Source: Candidatus Latescibacterota bacterium | Lineage (GTDB): Bacteria; Latescibacterota; UBA2968; UBA8231 | Direction of reading: 5' to 3' | Assembly: GCA_965221775.1 (NCBI GenBank) | Contig: CBDCSU010000005.1 | Span: 1,120,001-1,184,000, forward strand | DNA length: 64,000 nucleotides | In this document: piece after piece, positions 16,764 to 26,296 of the stretch | Layout: each line of letters opens with the position of its first letter | How positions within the stretch are numbered: position 1 is the stretch's first letter | Notes under the pieces: generated by a model | What the model saw: only the letters and a program-made list of their open reading frames with translations | Database searches by the model: none | Told to the model about the DNA's origin: nothing | Made by a program: the position numbers and the translations under genes

Positions 16764-18848
16764 TCAGCGCCCGAAGCGCAGGCCGATGAAGTACCCCGGC
16801 CAGACGAAGACCCCGTCCTCCGGTTCCTCCTCGAAGCGGCTGCCCGATTCGATCAGACGGGGATGGCCCTTGGTCGACCACCTGTTCAGCGAGAGACCGC
16901 CGAACAGCCACGGACGGCCGGGGAGGGGGGCCCCCTGGGCCAGGACCACCCCCGTCTCGAGCCGGATCCGCCACAGGCTGTTGTCCGTGTCCGACCGAAC
17001 CTCCCGGATGCTGAGGGGCGGCCAGAAGTCGATGTCGGCGTCGTAGTCCTCTCCGAGATCGCGGCTGATCCGGAGGCCGTGCACATCCAGGCCGATGGAG
17101 AGCCTGCGCCCGCTCTTGCGCACCCCGGCCCCCAGACCGATGGCCCAGAGCCGCCGGCCGTCCTCGCTGGCGAAGCCGGTGGTGAAGGATGTGTGGTAGA
17201 GGCGGCTGCCGGAGGCGAGGGTGAGCAGGTTGAAGCCGACCTCGTCGCGCCAGGTGCTGAGGCTGAAGACGCCGTTGCGCGAGTAGTTGATCAACCCTAT
17301 GGGCAACCCGCCGTCGATGCGGCCGGAGATGTTGGTCACGCCCACCTGCCAGCCCTTCACCCGGCGCGCCACGTTCAGGAGACCGATCTGAGCCCCCCTG
17401 ACCTCACCGGCCACATTGCCGCTTGCCGCGAACTGGCCGCCGCGGATCTCATCGGCCACGTTGACCCCGGCCGCCACCTGCCAGCCGCGCACCTGCGAGG
17501 CGATGTTGATCGGCCCTGCCTGCCCTCCCTGCAGAGGCCCCACCGCCCAGTTGACGCCCCAGATGGTCGTCTGCCAGCCGGCGACCTCCTCAAGGGCCAG
17601 GTTGCCCACCCAGCCCACCTGGCTGCCGGTGCGCTCGCGGGCCACGTTGGCCATCCAGCCGACCTGGACGCCGTCGAAAGGCTCGTCCTGGGTATTGGTC
17701 ACCAGCCCCATCGTCAGGGTACGGCCTTCGCCGGTGACGACCTCGATCTGACGGTCCTCGTTCATCCCCAACGCGAGGCCCCGCTTCGAACCGCCCCGCA
17801 GTCCGGTCTGTTCCGGGGCCAGGGCGCGGAATCGGCCGGCCGTCACCTCAACGAAATCGCCATCCGCCAGGACCAGCTCCGCCAGTCGCCAGTCCTCGCC
17901 GTCCTCCTGCAGGTAGAGCGCGTAGGAGCCCGGCTCCACTCCCAGGTCCACGGCGCGGCCGGCGGGCTTCTCCAGCTCGGCGACGATCCGCTGCCGGGCG
18001 TTGCGGACATACAGACGGCCGGAGAGGGCTTCCTCCAGCAGCAGGCCCGCGGCCTTGCGGCGCACGTCGGTCATCACCACGCCGCCGGTGCCCCGCATCT
18101 CGACCTCGTAGGCCGGGTGCTGGATGCCCCCCGCGGTGCCCGTGGTCCGGGCCCGCGTCTCGTTGAATGTGAACTGGTAGGCCTCGTTGAGGGTTACCCG
18201 TCCGTCGCCGTCGCCGTCCGCGGCCCCCCGCAGCCCCGAGACGAGGTAGTGGGTGAAGAAGGAGGCCTGGAGCAGGTCGGACTCCTGGGCCGCCTCGCCG
18301 GCCGAGCTGGAGGTGAGGAAGGCGTAGCCCTCCATGTCGAAGGACTCGTCCACCAGGAAGGGCGGGCGCCGCCGGCCCCCCTTCGTGCGGGTGATGGCCC
18401 CGGAGGCGCAGGCGTCGAGGACGGCGATGTGCACGTCGGCGGGGGCCCTCTCCAGGGCGCCGCGCAGGAGCGGGTACTCCAGGCGGTCACCGGCCAGCAG
18501 CAGGCCCTTCGCGTCGGCGTGTCCCGAGTAGTAGAGCAGCACCTCCAGCCGGTCTCCGCGCCGGCCGGCCGTCTGCACGCGCTCCTCAAGCTCGGCCAGG
18601 CCCTGCTCGAAGGCGGCGAGGTCGGGATTGCGCAGCAGCAGCGCGTCCTCCGGGGCCAGGCCGCCCATCTCCTGCAGCACCTGGACGATGCTCTCCGCGT
18701 CCGAGACCGCATAGCGCAGCAGCTCGCGGTCGACGCCGCCGTTGTTGGACCCGGCGGCCAGCAGCAGGCGCCGCACCTCGGCGGCTTCCGCCGGCAGGGA
18801 CAGACCCGCCGCGGCGGCGACGGACAGCAGCAGGCGCACCACGTACAT
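16764..18848 (-). CDS. Secreted caspase-family (peptidase C14) protein with LA_2272-like repeats and possible C-terminal beta-barrel
   Basis: Signal peptide; catalytic YYSGH and VLDAC; SFFTHYLVSGLRGAAD; GxQxGxxNxA repeats; C-terminus GYFIGLRF. Confidence 0.85.
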   Translation of the reverse strand: MYVVRLLLSVAAAAGLSLPAEAAEVRRLLLAAGSNNGGVDRELLRYAVSDAESIVQVLQEMGGLAPEDALLLRNPDLAAFEQGLAELEERVQTAGRRGDRLEVLLYYSGHADAKGLLLAGDRLEYPLLRGALERAPADVHIAVLDACASGAITRTKGGRRRPPFLVDESFDMEGYAFLTSSSAGEAAQESDLLQASFFTHYLVSGLRGAADGDGDGRVTLNEAYQFTFNETRARTTGTAGGIQHPAYEVEMRGTGGVVMTDVRRKAAGLLLEEALSGRLYVRNARQRIVAELEKPAGRAVDLGVEPGSYALYLQEDGEDWRLAELVLADGDFVEVTAGRFRALAPEQTGLRGGSKRGLALGMNEDRQIEVVTGEGRTLTMGLVTNTQDEPFDGVQVGWMANVARERTGSQVGWVGNLALEEVAGWQTTIWGVNWAVGPLQGGQAGPINIASQVRGWQVAAGVNVADEIRGGQFAASGNVAGEVRGAQIGLLNVARRVKGWQVGVTNISGRIDGGLPIGLINYSRNGVFSLSTWRDEVGFNLLTLASGSRLYHTSFTTGFASEDGRRLWAIGLGAGVRKSGRRLSIGLDVHGLRISRDLGEDYDADIDFWPPLSIREVRSDTDNSLWRIRLETGVVLAQGAPLPGRPWLFGGLSLNRWSTKGHPRLIESGSRFEEEPEDGVFVWPGYFIGLRFGR

Positions 18849-18883
18849 AGCCACAACTCCCCGGTGACTGGAATCGACCCGTT

Positions 18884-19660
18884 TCAGGGTGAACCCGTCT
18901 TTTTCAAGGTGAACTGGTGGAGGCGAAGGTCGCCGGCCGGGGCCAGGTCGCCGGCGGCCAGTTGTTCTTCGAGCGCCGCCAGGCCGAAGGGGCGGTCGGA
19001 CGCCACCAGGAAGAACCGCTCCCACAGCGGCGCGTCGTCCAGCTCGTAGGCGAAGTCGAGGGTGTCCGCAGGCGCCAGGGGCACCGCTTCCTCGCCGGAG
19101 ACGGGAAGGTGGCGGGTCACGGCGCCGCGGCCGTCGACGGAGAGGACCGCCCCGAAGGCCAGACCGTCGGAGCGATAGGCGATCTGCACCAGGTCCCCGC
19201 TTCGGGCCGGGGCCCCGTCCTCCAGGCGTTCGTGGCCGCCGGCCAGCTTGCGGAAGATCATCAGGCGAGGCCCCTCCCCATCGCCCTTTACCCGCAGCGC
19301 GGTCTCCGCCCCGCCGCCCGTGCCGGTCCGGTCCTCGTCCAAGAGAGCGGGCACCGCCACCACCGCCAGGACCAGGGCCGAGGCCGGCACGGCCCACGGG
19401 CGGTACCCGCTCCACCCGCGCCGGGCGGTCCCGCTCCGGCCGCGCTGCAGTCTCCCCTCGATGCGGCGGCCCATCCACCCGGCCGGGTAGCGCCGGTGCA
19501 GTTCCTCGTTGGAGCGCCGGAGGTCCTCCAGCCGCCGGGCGAGCACGGGGTCGTCCGCCACCCGCTGGTCGAGGCCGGCCAGCTCGGCGGCGCTGCCCTC
19601 GCGCAGCAGGTAACGCTCCAACTGGTAGTCGCTCACCGGACGCTCATTTCGCTCGTTCAT
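18884..19660 (-). CDS. ActD-like transmembrane anti-sigma factor with DUF4384-like periplasmic domain
   Basis: VSDYQLERYLL N-terminus, single TM helix, LRVKG, YELDDAPLWERFFLV. ATGA overlap with the sigma gene. Confidence 0.75.
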   Translation of the reverse strand: MNERNERPVSDYQLERYLLREGSAAELAGLDQRVADDPVLARRLEDLRRSNEELHRRYPAGWMGRRIEGRLQRGRSGTARRGWSGYRPWAVPASALVLAVVAVPALLDEDRTGTGGGAETALRVKGDGEGPRLMIFRKLAGGHERLEDGAPARSGDLVQIAYRSDGLAFGAVLSVDGRGAVTRHLPVSGEEAVPLAPADTLDFAYELDDAPLWERFFLVASDRPFGLAALEEQLAAGDLAPAGDLRLHQFTLKKTGSP

Positions 19661-20130
19661 GCTTCCTCCAACTCCCGCAGGGACGCTCTCAGGCCGCGCA
19701 GCCGCTTGCGCACGCCGGACACGGACAGGCCCACAACTCCCGCCACCTGCTCCAGGGTCATGCCGTCGACATAGTGCAGGAAGGCCATGGTGCGCGTCGA
19801 CTCGCGCTGCCGGCCGAAGAGCCTGGCGAGCATGTCCCGCGCCTCGGTCCGGCTTTCGGTCTCGTCCCAGCGGGCGATCTGCTCGACAAGGGCCGAGTCG
19901 GGCGTGGTCTTCCGGCGCCTGGCGTCGCGGACCCGGTTGAGGCAGTGGTTGGTGGCCATGCGGTAGAGCAGGCTGGAGAGGGCCTCGTCCCGCAGGCGCC
20001 TGTGCTTGATCAACAGCTGCACGAATACATCCTGCGTGGCGTCGAGGGCCTCCTCCTCGTCGTTCAGGATCTGCCGGCAGCGCCGTATGACCATCGGCCC
20101 GTTGCGGCGGTAGAGCGCATCTACGTCCAT
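19657..20130 (-). CDS. ECF RNA polymerase sigma factor
   Basis: LYRRNGPMVIRRC, DATQDVF, LYRMATNHCLN, GMTLEQVA...SVSGVRKRL. Confidence 0.92.
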   Translation of the reverse strand: MDVDALYRRNGPMVIRRCRQILNDEEEALDATQDVFVQLLIKHRRLRDEALSSLLYRMATNHCLNRVRDARRRKTTPDSALVEQIARWDETESRTEARDMLARLFGRQRESTRTMAFLHYVDGMTLEQVAGVVGLSVSGVRKRLRGLRASLRELEEA

Positions 20131-20341
20131 CGATTCCCTGGCGGTGTAGACATTCAACACCTGGAGCGGCGCGAGGTGTCACCTGCGAGGTGGGGGTTTC
20201 TCGCGCGGCGAAGCGCGGTGGCGCCGCGGTACCGGGGCTCGCGTCCTGCGGAGAAGCCCGAGCCCCCGGCCCCGCCGCATGGGCCGAGCCGGCGGCCCCC
20301 GAGTGAGCCCTCAATCCCTCAACGGGATGCGGATGACGCCT

Positions 20342-21475
20342 TCAGATGGCATCCAGCGGCACGGCGTCCACCGACGAGGTCAGGCGGAAGCGCTCGCGGC
20401 AGAGGCAGACCAGGAGACCGGGGCCCGCGCGGTCGCCGAAGAGGGCCTGGAAGCGCTCGATGGCCCGGGCGTGCTCCGGCCGGGGCGTGGCCGTGAGCTT
20501 CGCCTCGATGGGGATCAGCTGCCGGCCGTCGTCGAGTAGGAAGTCCACCTCGTGACCGCCGGCGGTGCGCCAGAAGTGGAGGCGCGGCACCTCGCCCCGG
20601 TGCACGAGCAGGCGGTACAGGGACCCCAGGACGGCGCTCTCGATCATGGCGCCCGCGGCCATCCCCTGCAGCACCTGGCCGGGCTCGGTGAGTCCGAGGA
20701 GATAGCCGAGGATCCCGGTGTCCAGGAAGAAGACCTTCGGCCGGTTCACCAGCCTCTTGCCGAGATTCGCGTGGTAGGGCCTCAGGGTCAGGACCTGCCC
20801 GCTCGCTTCCAGGACCGAGACCCAGGCCTTCACCGTCTTGGAGGTGACGCCGAGGTCGCGGGCCAGGTCGGAGAAGTTGATCAGCGCCCCGGAGCGGGCG
20901 GCCAGCGCGTAGAGGACACGCTGGAAGTCCCCTAGGTCGCCGACGGCCCGCAGGGAGCGGACATCGCGCTCGAGATAGGTCTGGACGTAGCTGCTGAGCC
21001 ACAACGCCGGGTCGACCCGCGCGTCGAGGGCGGGCTCGGGAAAGCCGCCGCGGAGCAGCCGCCCGGCGACCTCGGCCGGGTCGCCCCCGGCGCCGCCCTT
21101 CCCGCGCCCGGCGCCGTCGAGCACCTCCCGCCATGGCGTGTCAGGCGCGGCGCGGCCCCCCGTTTCCGCCAGGGACATCGACTGCAGGGAGAGCACCGCG
21201 GCGCGGCCGGCCAGGGACTCGGATACCCCCCGCATCAGCGGAAAGGCCTGGGACCCCGTGATCACGTAGCGGCCCTTCTCCCCCCGGTGCTCGTCCACGT
21301 CGATCTTGACCGCGTGGAGCATCTCCGGCGCGTACTGGATCTCGTCGAGGATCACGGGCGGGGGGAACCGGGAGAGGAGCAGCGGGGCGTCGGCGCGGGC
21401 CTGCTCGCGGAGGGTCACGTCGTCGAGGGTGCAGTCCGATGCAAGCAAATTGGGAATTATATTCCAAATTTGCAC
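20342..21475 (-). pseudogene. AAA+ ATPase with DUF4143 domain, N-terminally truncated
   Basis: VILDEIQ (Walker B), ITGSQ, ESLAGR, GGFPE, EVDFL..IEAK present. Homology starts at TLDD (~21430); no Walker A. Confidence 0.75.
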
Positions 21476-21532
21476 GCATCAGGCCCGGTGCGAACACTGC
21501 AGATCAGGAATCAGATTCCAAATTTGCACGCA
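21461..21532 (+). repeat. 18-bp direct repeat ATTCCAAATTTGCACGCA
   Basis: Copies at 21461-21478 and 21515-21532. Confidence 0.85.
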
Positions 21533-21548
21533 CGTCGAGGTTGGCCGT

Positions 21549-22583
21549 TCAAGGACTCCACTGCGCCGCGCGCTCGAGGAAGACCGCCGGATCGGCGCGC
21601 CAGTCTCCGTAGCCGATGCGCCGGTCGTCGGTCAGATAGTCGAGCTTGTCGTCGATGCAGGCTGCCAGCTCCGCGTCCTCGGCGGCCAGCGCGAAGCCTC
21701 CCCGCTCGACGGCTTCGTCGAGGGCGGTGACGACGAACTCCCCCTCGGAACCGACGCTGGCGTCGCGGTTGCCGATCTCGCCGCGGGCGATGGCGTCGAT
21801 GTCGCCGGCCCGGAGGGCGGCGAGCAGGTCCAACTCGCTGGCTTCCTGCCCCTCCGGACCGTCGAGGTAGATCACCTGCGGCATGTCGTCGGCGGGCGGC
21901 ACCAGCCGCAGGCGGCCGCTCAGATGGTCCGAGGCGCCTGCCGGGGTGATGGTGTGCGCATCGGTGCCGTCGGCCAGGAACTCGCCCCGGTCCGTCTCGA
22001 TGCGGGTGCCGGCCGCGAGCACGCCGCGGGCGTCGACGAAGCCGGTCAGCTCCAGCAGGCGGAACTCGCCGGTGGTGAGCCGCAGCACGCCCACCCGGTC
22101 GGCGCTCGTCAGGTCGCCGTGACGGGCCAGGCGCCCGGCGTCGGCGGCCCGGACCAGCAGCGACTGGCGGAAGAGGATGTGCCCGGAGGTGAAGATCACC
22201 GCGCGCTCGCCCGCGGCATTGCGGGTGCGCGAGTCGAGGATGGTGATGCCGCCGCCCACCAGGTCGTACTCCGCCCCGGCCGCCCGCAGCCAGATCTCCG
22301 ACCACTCGGCGATGCCGCGGCGGGCGAAGGAGAGGCCGGCGCCGTCCATGGCGGCCAAGGCGGTCAGCAGGTCCGCCTCGTATCCGCGATGCTCGTCGAA
22401 CCCGTCCACTCCGGGGTTCGGGTCGGCGCTGTAGCTGACCGGCTCGAAGAAGGCGTAGAACCCGGCCTGGAGGACCCGGCCCTCGCCGCAGGCGGCGCCG
22501 GGCGGCGAATCGCTGGGAGAAGAGCAGGCGGCCAGGAACACGGACGCGGCGGCGAAGGCCGCTCGGGACCAGGACAGGGACAT
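21549..22583 (-). CDS. Substrate-binding lipoprotein (family 3, amino-acid ABC-type)
   Basis: Lipobox LAAC; FEPVSY, GYEADLL, AALRAGDIDA. Confidence 0.75.
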   Translation of the reverse strand: MSLSWSRAAFAAASVFLAACSSPSDSPPGAACGEGRVLQAGFYAFFEPVSYSADPNPGVDGFDEHRGYEADLLTALAAMDGAGLSFARRGIAEWSEIWLRAAGAEYDLVGGGITILDSRTRNAAGERAVIFTSGHILFRQSLLVRAADAGRLARHGDLTSADRVGVLRLTTGEFRLLELTGFVDARGVLAAGTRIETDRGEFLADGTDAHTITPAGASDHLSGRLRLVPPADDMPQVIYLDGPEGQEASELDLLAALRAGDIDAIARGEIGNRDASVGSEGEFVVTALDEAVERGGFALAAEDAELAACIDDKLDYLTDDRRIGYGDWRADPAVFLERAAQWSP

Positions 22584-22667
22584 GCGGCTACCTACTTGGC
22601 GAGTGGGGAAAGATGCCGGCATCGGGGATACCTCGGGCCGGCGGCGGCGACAGCGCTGGCGGCGGCC

Positions 22668-24122
22668 TCAGGCGTCCACGGCGACGGCTGTGGCCGTCTC
22701 CTGGGTCATGATGGCGCTGCGCACGAGGGCGAGCTTGTTGGCGGCGTTGAAGGCGGCCACCTTGTAGGCCTCGGCCAGGGTGGGGTAGTTGAAGACGGTG
22801 CGGATGAAGTAGTCGAGGCCGCCCCCCAGCCCCAGCACCGCCTGCCCCACGTGGACCAGCTCGGTGGCGCCCGAGCCGATGCAGTGGGCCCCGAGCAGGC
22901 GCCCGTCCTCGCGGTGGAAGATCAGCTTCACCATGCCCGAGTCGTCGCCGAGGATCTGGCCGCGGGCGATCTCCTTGTAGTGGGCGATGCCGGTCTCGTA
23001 GGGCACGCGGTTGCGGGTCAGCTCCTCCTCCGTGTCCCCCACCATGGAGATCTCCGGGATGGCGTAGAGGCCGATCGGGTAGTGGCGGCCCATGGGCTGG
23101 GCCTCGACGCCGAACATGTGGCAGGCGGCCAGGCGCCCCTGCTCGCTGGAGGTCGAGGCCAGGGCGGGGAAGCCGATGACGTCGCCGGCGGCGTAGATGT
23201 TATCCGCCGCCGTGCGGTAGTGCTCGTCCACCACCAGCCGGCCGCGCTCGTCCGCCTCCAGCCCCACCGCCTCGAGGGCGAGATCCTCGGTGGCGCCGAT
23301 GCGGCCGGCCGAGAACAGGACCACGTCGGCGACGATGTTCTTGCCCGACTCGAGCTTGATGAGGCCCTTGGGCTGGGGCACCTCCACCACCTCCAGATGC
23401 TCCACCGCCTCGCCGCAGCGGAAGGTGACGTCCGCCCTGCGCAGCTGGTGGATCAGCTCGTCCACGATCTCCTGGTCGACGAACTCCAGGGGGCGGGGGC
23501 GGCGGTCGATGATCGTCACCTGCACCCCCAGGGACGCGAACATGGAGGCGTACTCGATGCCGATCACGCCGGCGCCGACCACGGCGAGGTTGCGCGGCAG
23601 GTTGTCGATGTCGAGGACGTGGTCCGAGGTCAGGATCGTGCGCCCGTCCGGGGGCAGACTCGGCGGATCGCTGGCGCGCGTGCCCACGGCGACCAGCACC
23701 TTGTCCACCGACAGCCGGCGCCGGCCCTGGAGCCCCTCCACCAGGACGGTGTGGGCATCGACGAAGGAGGCGCGCCCGCGGATGACCTCGACATCGTTGC
23801 GCGACAGGTTCTCCTGCACCACGGAGAGCTCGCGCTCGATGACCCGCTCCACGTGCCCCACGAGCTGCTGCATGGTGGGCCGCGCCCGCGGCCGGAACTG
23901 CTCGTGGGCCTCCAGCCCGGGGCGGGAGTAGCCGCGGCGCACGGCTTCGCGGAACGTCTTCGAGGGGATCGTGCCGCTCTCGATGCAGACCCCCCCGACG
24001 ATCTGCTGCTTCTCGACCACGGCCACCCGCTTGCCCAGCTTGGCCGCCTGGATGGCGGCGCGCTGGCCGGCGGGCCCGCTGCCGATGCAGACGAGGTCGT
24101 AGTCGTGGTGATTCTCGCTCAC
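22668..24122 (-). CDS. sthA: Soluble pyridine nucleotide transhydrogenase
   Basis: GSGPAG, GGVCIESGTIPSKTFRE, GAGVIG, VFNYPTLAEAYKVAA. Confidence 0.9.
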   Translation of the reverse strand: MSENHHDYDLVCIGSGPAGQRAAIQAAKLGKRVAVVEKQQIVGGVCIESGTIPSKTFREAVRRGYSRPGLEAHEQFRPRARPTMQQLVGHVERVIERELSVVQENLSRNDVEVIRGRASFVDAHTVLVEGLQGRRRLSVDKVLVAVGTRASDPPSLPPDGRTILTSDHVLDIDNLPRNLAVVGAGVIGIEYASMFASLGVQVTIIDRRPRPLEFVDQEIVDELIHQLRRADVTFRCGEAVEHLEVVEVPQPKGLIKLESGKNIVADVVLFSAGRIGATEDLALEAVGLEADERGRLVVDEHYRTAADNIYAAGDVIGFPALASTSSEQGRLAACHMFGVEAQPMGRHYPIGLYAIPEISMVGDTEEELTRNRVPYETGIAHYKEIARGQILGDDSGMVKLIFHREDGRLLGAHCIGSGATELVHVGQAVLGLGGGLDYFIRTVFNYPTLAEAYKVAAFNAANKLALVRSAIMTQETATAVAVDA

Positions 24123-24226
24123 GGATCAGGCTCCCGGGCCTCCGGTGGCGGCGGCCCCCCTGCGGGTTCAGCTTGAATATGGGGAATCTGGTTGGGGGAA
24201 GCAGCCCGGCTCGCGGGGCTTCTTGC

Positions 24227-24415
24227 TCAGGAGTCCGACCCGAGTCGCTCTGCGCGGTACTCACGGTAAGGGATCGTGTCCTCTATCCCAGCAGCTCTGT
24301 ACTCTTCCAGCGTCCTCTTGGCCGCCTCCTGGTCTTGCAGGAGTTCCCGGCGGTGCCCATGGTCCAGATCAGGAAGGCCGTCGAAACCATCCCGCTCAGG
24401 CCGGGGATCGCTCAT
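24227..24415 (-). pseudogene. Small, probably chimeric TA remnant
   Basis: Starts MSDP overlapping the MNT gene where a HEPN gene would normally begin; ends with an antitoxin-like tail TIPYREYRAERL. Confidence 0.35.
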
Positions 24416-24737
24416 ACAGCACTTCTCCTTCCTCCAAGGCCTTGTGGATCAAGGAGTACGGATCCTGCCGCTGTTGGGCCAAGGCTTCGGGAGACCGGAT
24501 GATCACATCGACGGGCAGCACGAATCGCTCGGCGATCGCTCGGCGAATAGGGTTCCCCCTCCCCTCTTCCGCCTCTCCTCGCATCACGACCAAGAGGTCC
24601 ACATCGCTGTGCACCCCGGCCTGCCCGCGGGCGTGGCTGCCGAAGAGGATGACCTGCTCCGGATCGAAGCGTTCGACGATCAGCCGGGCCACCGCCTGAA
24701 TGGTGAGCTTGTCGATACGGGTGCTTACAGCTTCCAA
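24396..24737 (-). CDS. Minimal nucleotidyltransferase (MNT) antitoxin
   Basis: PEQVILFGSHARG..SDVDLLVV. Confidence 0.85.
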   Translation of the reverse strand: MEAVSTRIDKLTIQAVARLIVERFDPEQVILFGSHARGQAGVHSDVDLLVVMRGEAEEGRGNPIRRAIAERFVLPVDVIIRSPEALAQQRQDPYSLIHKALEEGEVLYERSPA

Positions 24738-24932
24738 CAGGAGCCCTCATCATGATCGCACGAGCACATCAAGTTGAAGAACCCATACTCTCTTCACCGG
24801 GGGCGTCCCAACTAAACCACCCAGGCAAGCCATTCACTACTGGTTGCCCTCGAGAGGACAAGCGCCCCCGAGGCGGGGTTGATCCAGCCCTTTCCGGCGG
24901 TCGGAGTTTTCCACCCACCAGTCCCACGATCG

Positions 24933-26132
24933 TCAGGGTCTTTCCCATCTGGCATTCCGAAAGAGACCGAGTTCGTCTTGGATTTTCGAAACTTGCTGTT
25001 CGTTTTCCTTGGTCCATTCCCCAATGCGCAAATATGCAATGTCCGATGAGTAACCAATGTCTGAGGTGCCTGGCCTATCTGTTGCAATCCCTACAACAGT
25101 GGTCACCTCGGGCAGTCTGCCACGAACAACAAAGCACCTCAGTCCCAGTTCTTGGGACCTTCTTTCTCTGTCCGAGGTCTGTCCGAACAAGAACACAAAT
25201 GCGGTATGGTTGTGTCCTAGGACAACTCGTGAAGCAATTCTGGGATTCTGTTCCTGAGCAAATCCGATAAAGATCTCTGCAAGATTCGCACGGTGACCTC
25301 TTGGTTGCAGGGCCATCGTGGCTAGAGCCAACTCATCTTTCGTTACCTGATTGCTATGCAGGTCGAACATCCCGTCCGACAGGAGGTCATCTGCGAAGTG
25401 TTCGATCAGACGATCCCAAGCATAGGAAATGCGTAGCTCACTTTGGATATCCCTGTACTCTTCAGACGTGGAGAAGGTCTTCCAAAGATCGTCATCAAGA
25501 ATCAGCATGTCTGGTCGTTCATTGGACTCGGAGCGGATGTCAAATGATGGACCAAATGACAAGTAAAGAGCGACGAGGTCCTCAATACCACCACCAGCGA
25601 AGAGTGGTAGAACCCCCTCTGCTATCAACTCCTCGCTCGCAGAAAGAAATTGAACAAAGTCAGTTATGGTATCAAGAGCCTTGAATAGTATCTCTACGCT
25701 ATACTCATCGCACACATGCACGAAGCCATGACCCAAGTCACCCCATCGGAGTGGGACTTGACCTCGACCACCGAGTGAAACAGATATCCTATGGTACTGT
25801 CTCTTGGATCTCGGTGGTAGTGTAATGACTCTTCCATCACGACGAACGACCTCGTCGGCCGTATTGAGCCAACGTTCGGCTCCGAGAATTTGATCAGCCG
25901 ACTTCTGAATGGCGGCTTTTTCCCAGCGCTCCCATCCCGTTGTGTCTCCGGTGTCTTTGTAGGCGATTTCCTTAACCGATATGATAATGACATGAGGCCC
26001 ACACACAATCAAGCAATCACAAAGCTCCTTCCCCTTTTTTCCCAAGGGGTTCGGATGTGTCCAGAGCTTCAAGAACGAGCGTTCGCATAGGCTTTTGACC
26101 AATAGTTCTGACGCCGGTGACTCATGTGCCAT
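24933..26132 (-). CDS. Hypothetical protein with N-terminal PD-(D/E)XK/NERD-like nuclease motif
   Basis: ELCDCLIVCGPHVIIISVK...KSADQILGAERWL; clearly lower GC than its flanks. Confidence 0.6.
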   Translation of the reverse strand: MAHESPASELLVKSLCERSFLKLWTHPNPLGKKGKELCDCLIVCGPHVIIISVKEIAYKDTGDTTGWERWEKAAIQKSADQILGAERWLNTADEVVRRDGRVITLPPRSKRQYHRISVSLGGRGQVPLRWGDLGHGFVHVCDEYSVEILFKALDTITDFVQFLSASEELIAEGVLPLFAGGGIEDLVALYLSFGPSFDIRSESNERPDMLILDDDLWKTFSTSEEYRDIQSELRISYAWDRLIEHFADDLLSDGMFDLHSNQVTKDELALATMALQPRGHRANLAEIFIGFAQEQNPRIASRVVLGHNHTAFVFLFGQTSDRERRSQELGLRCFVVRGRLPEVTTVVGIATDRPGTSDIGYSSDIAYLRIGEWTKENEQQVSKIQDELGLFRNARWERP

Positions 26133-26296
26133 ATCTTTCCCCCAATCAAGGTTGCAGAGAACCTGCGCATACTTGGGAAACCATGTCAAGAAAGAGGCAC
26201 AACAGGACCGATTCGACCCGGTGGGCAGTAGGAAGTAAGAATCCCACCGCTGCTGGGTCATCGTACATGTGCAAGGCGCGGCTCCTCACCGTCCAT

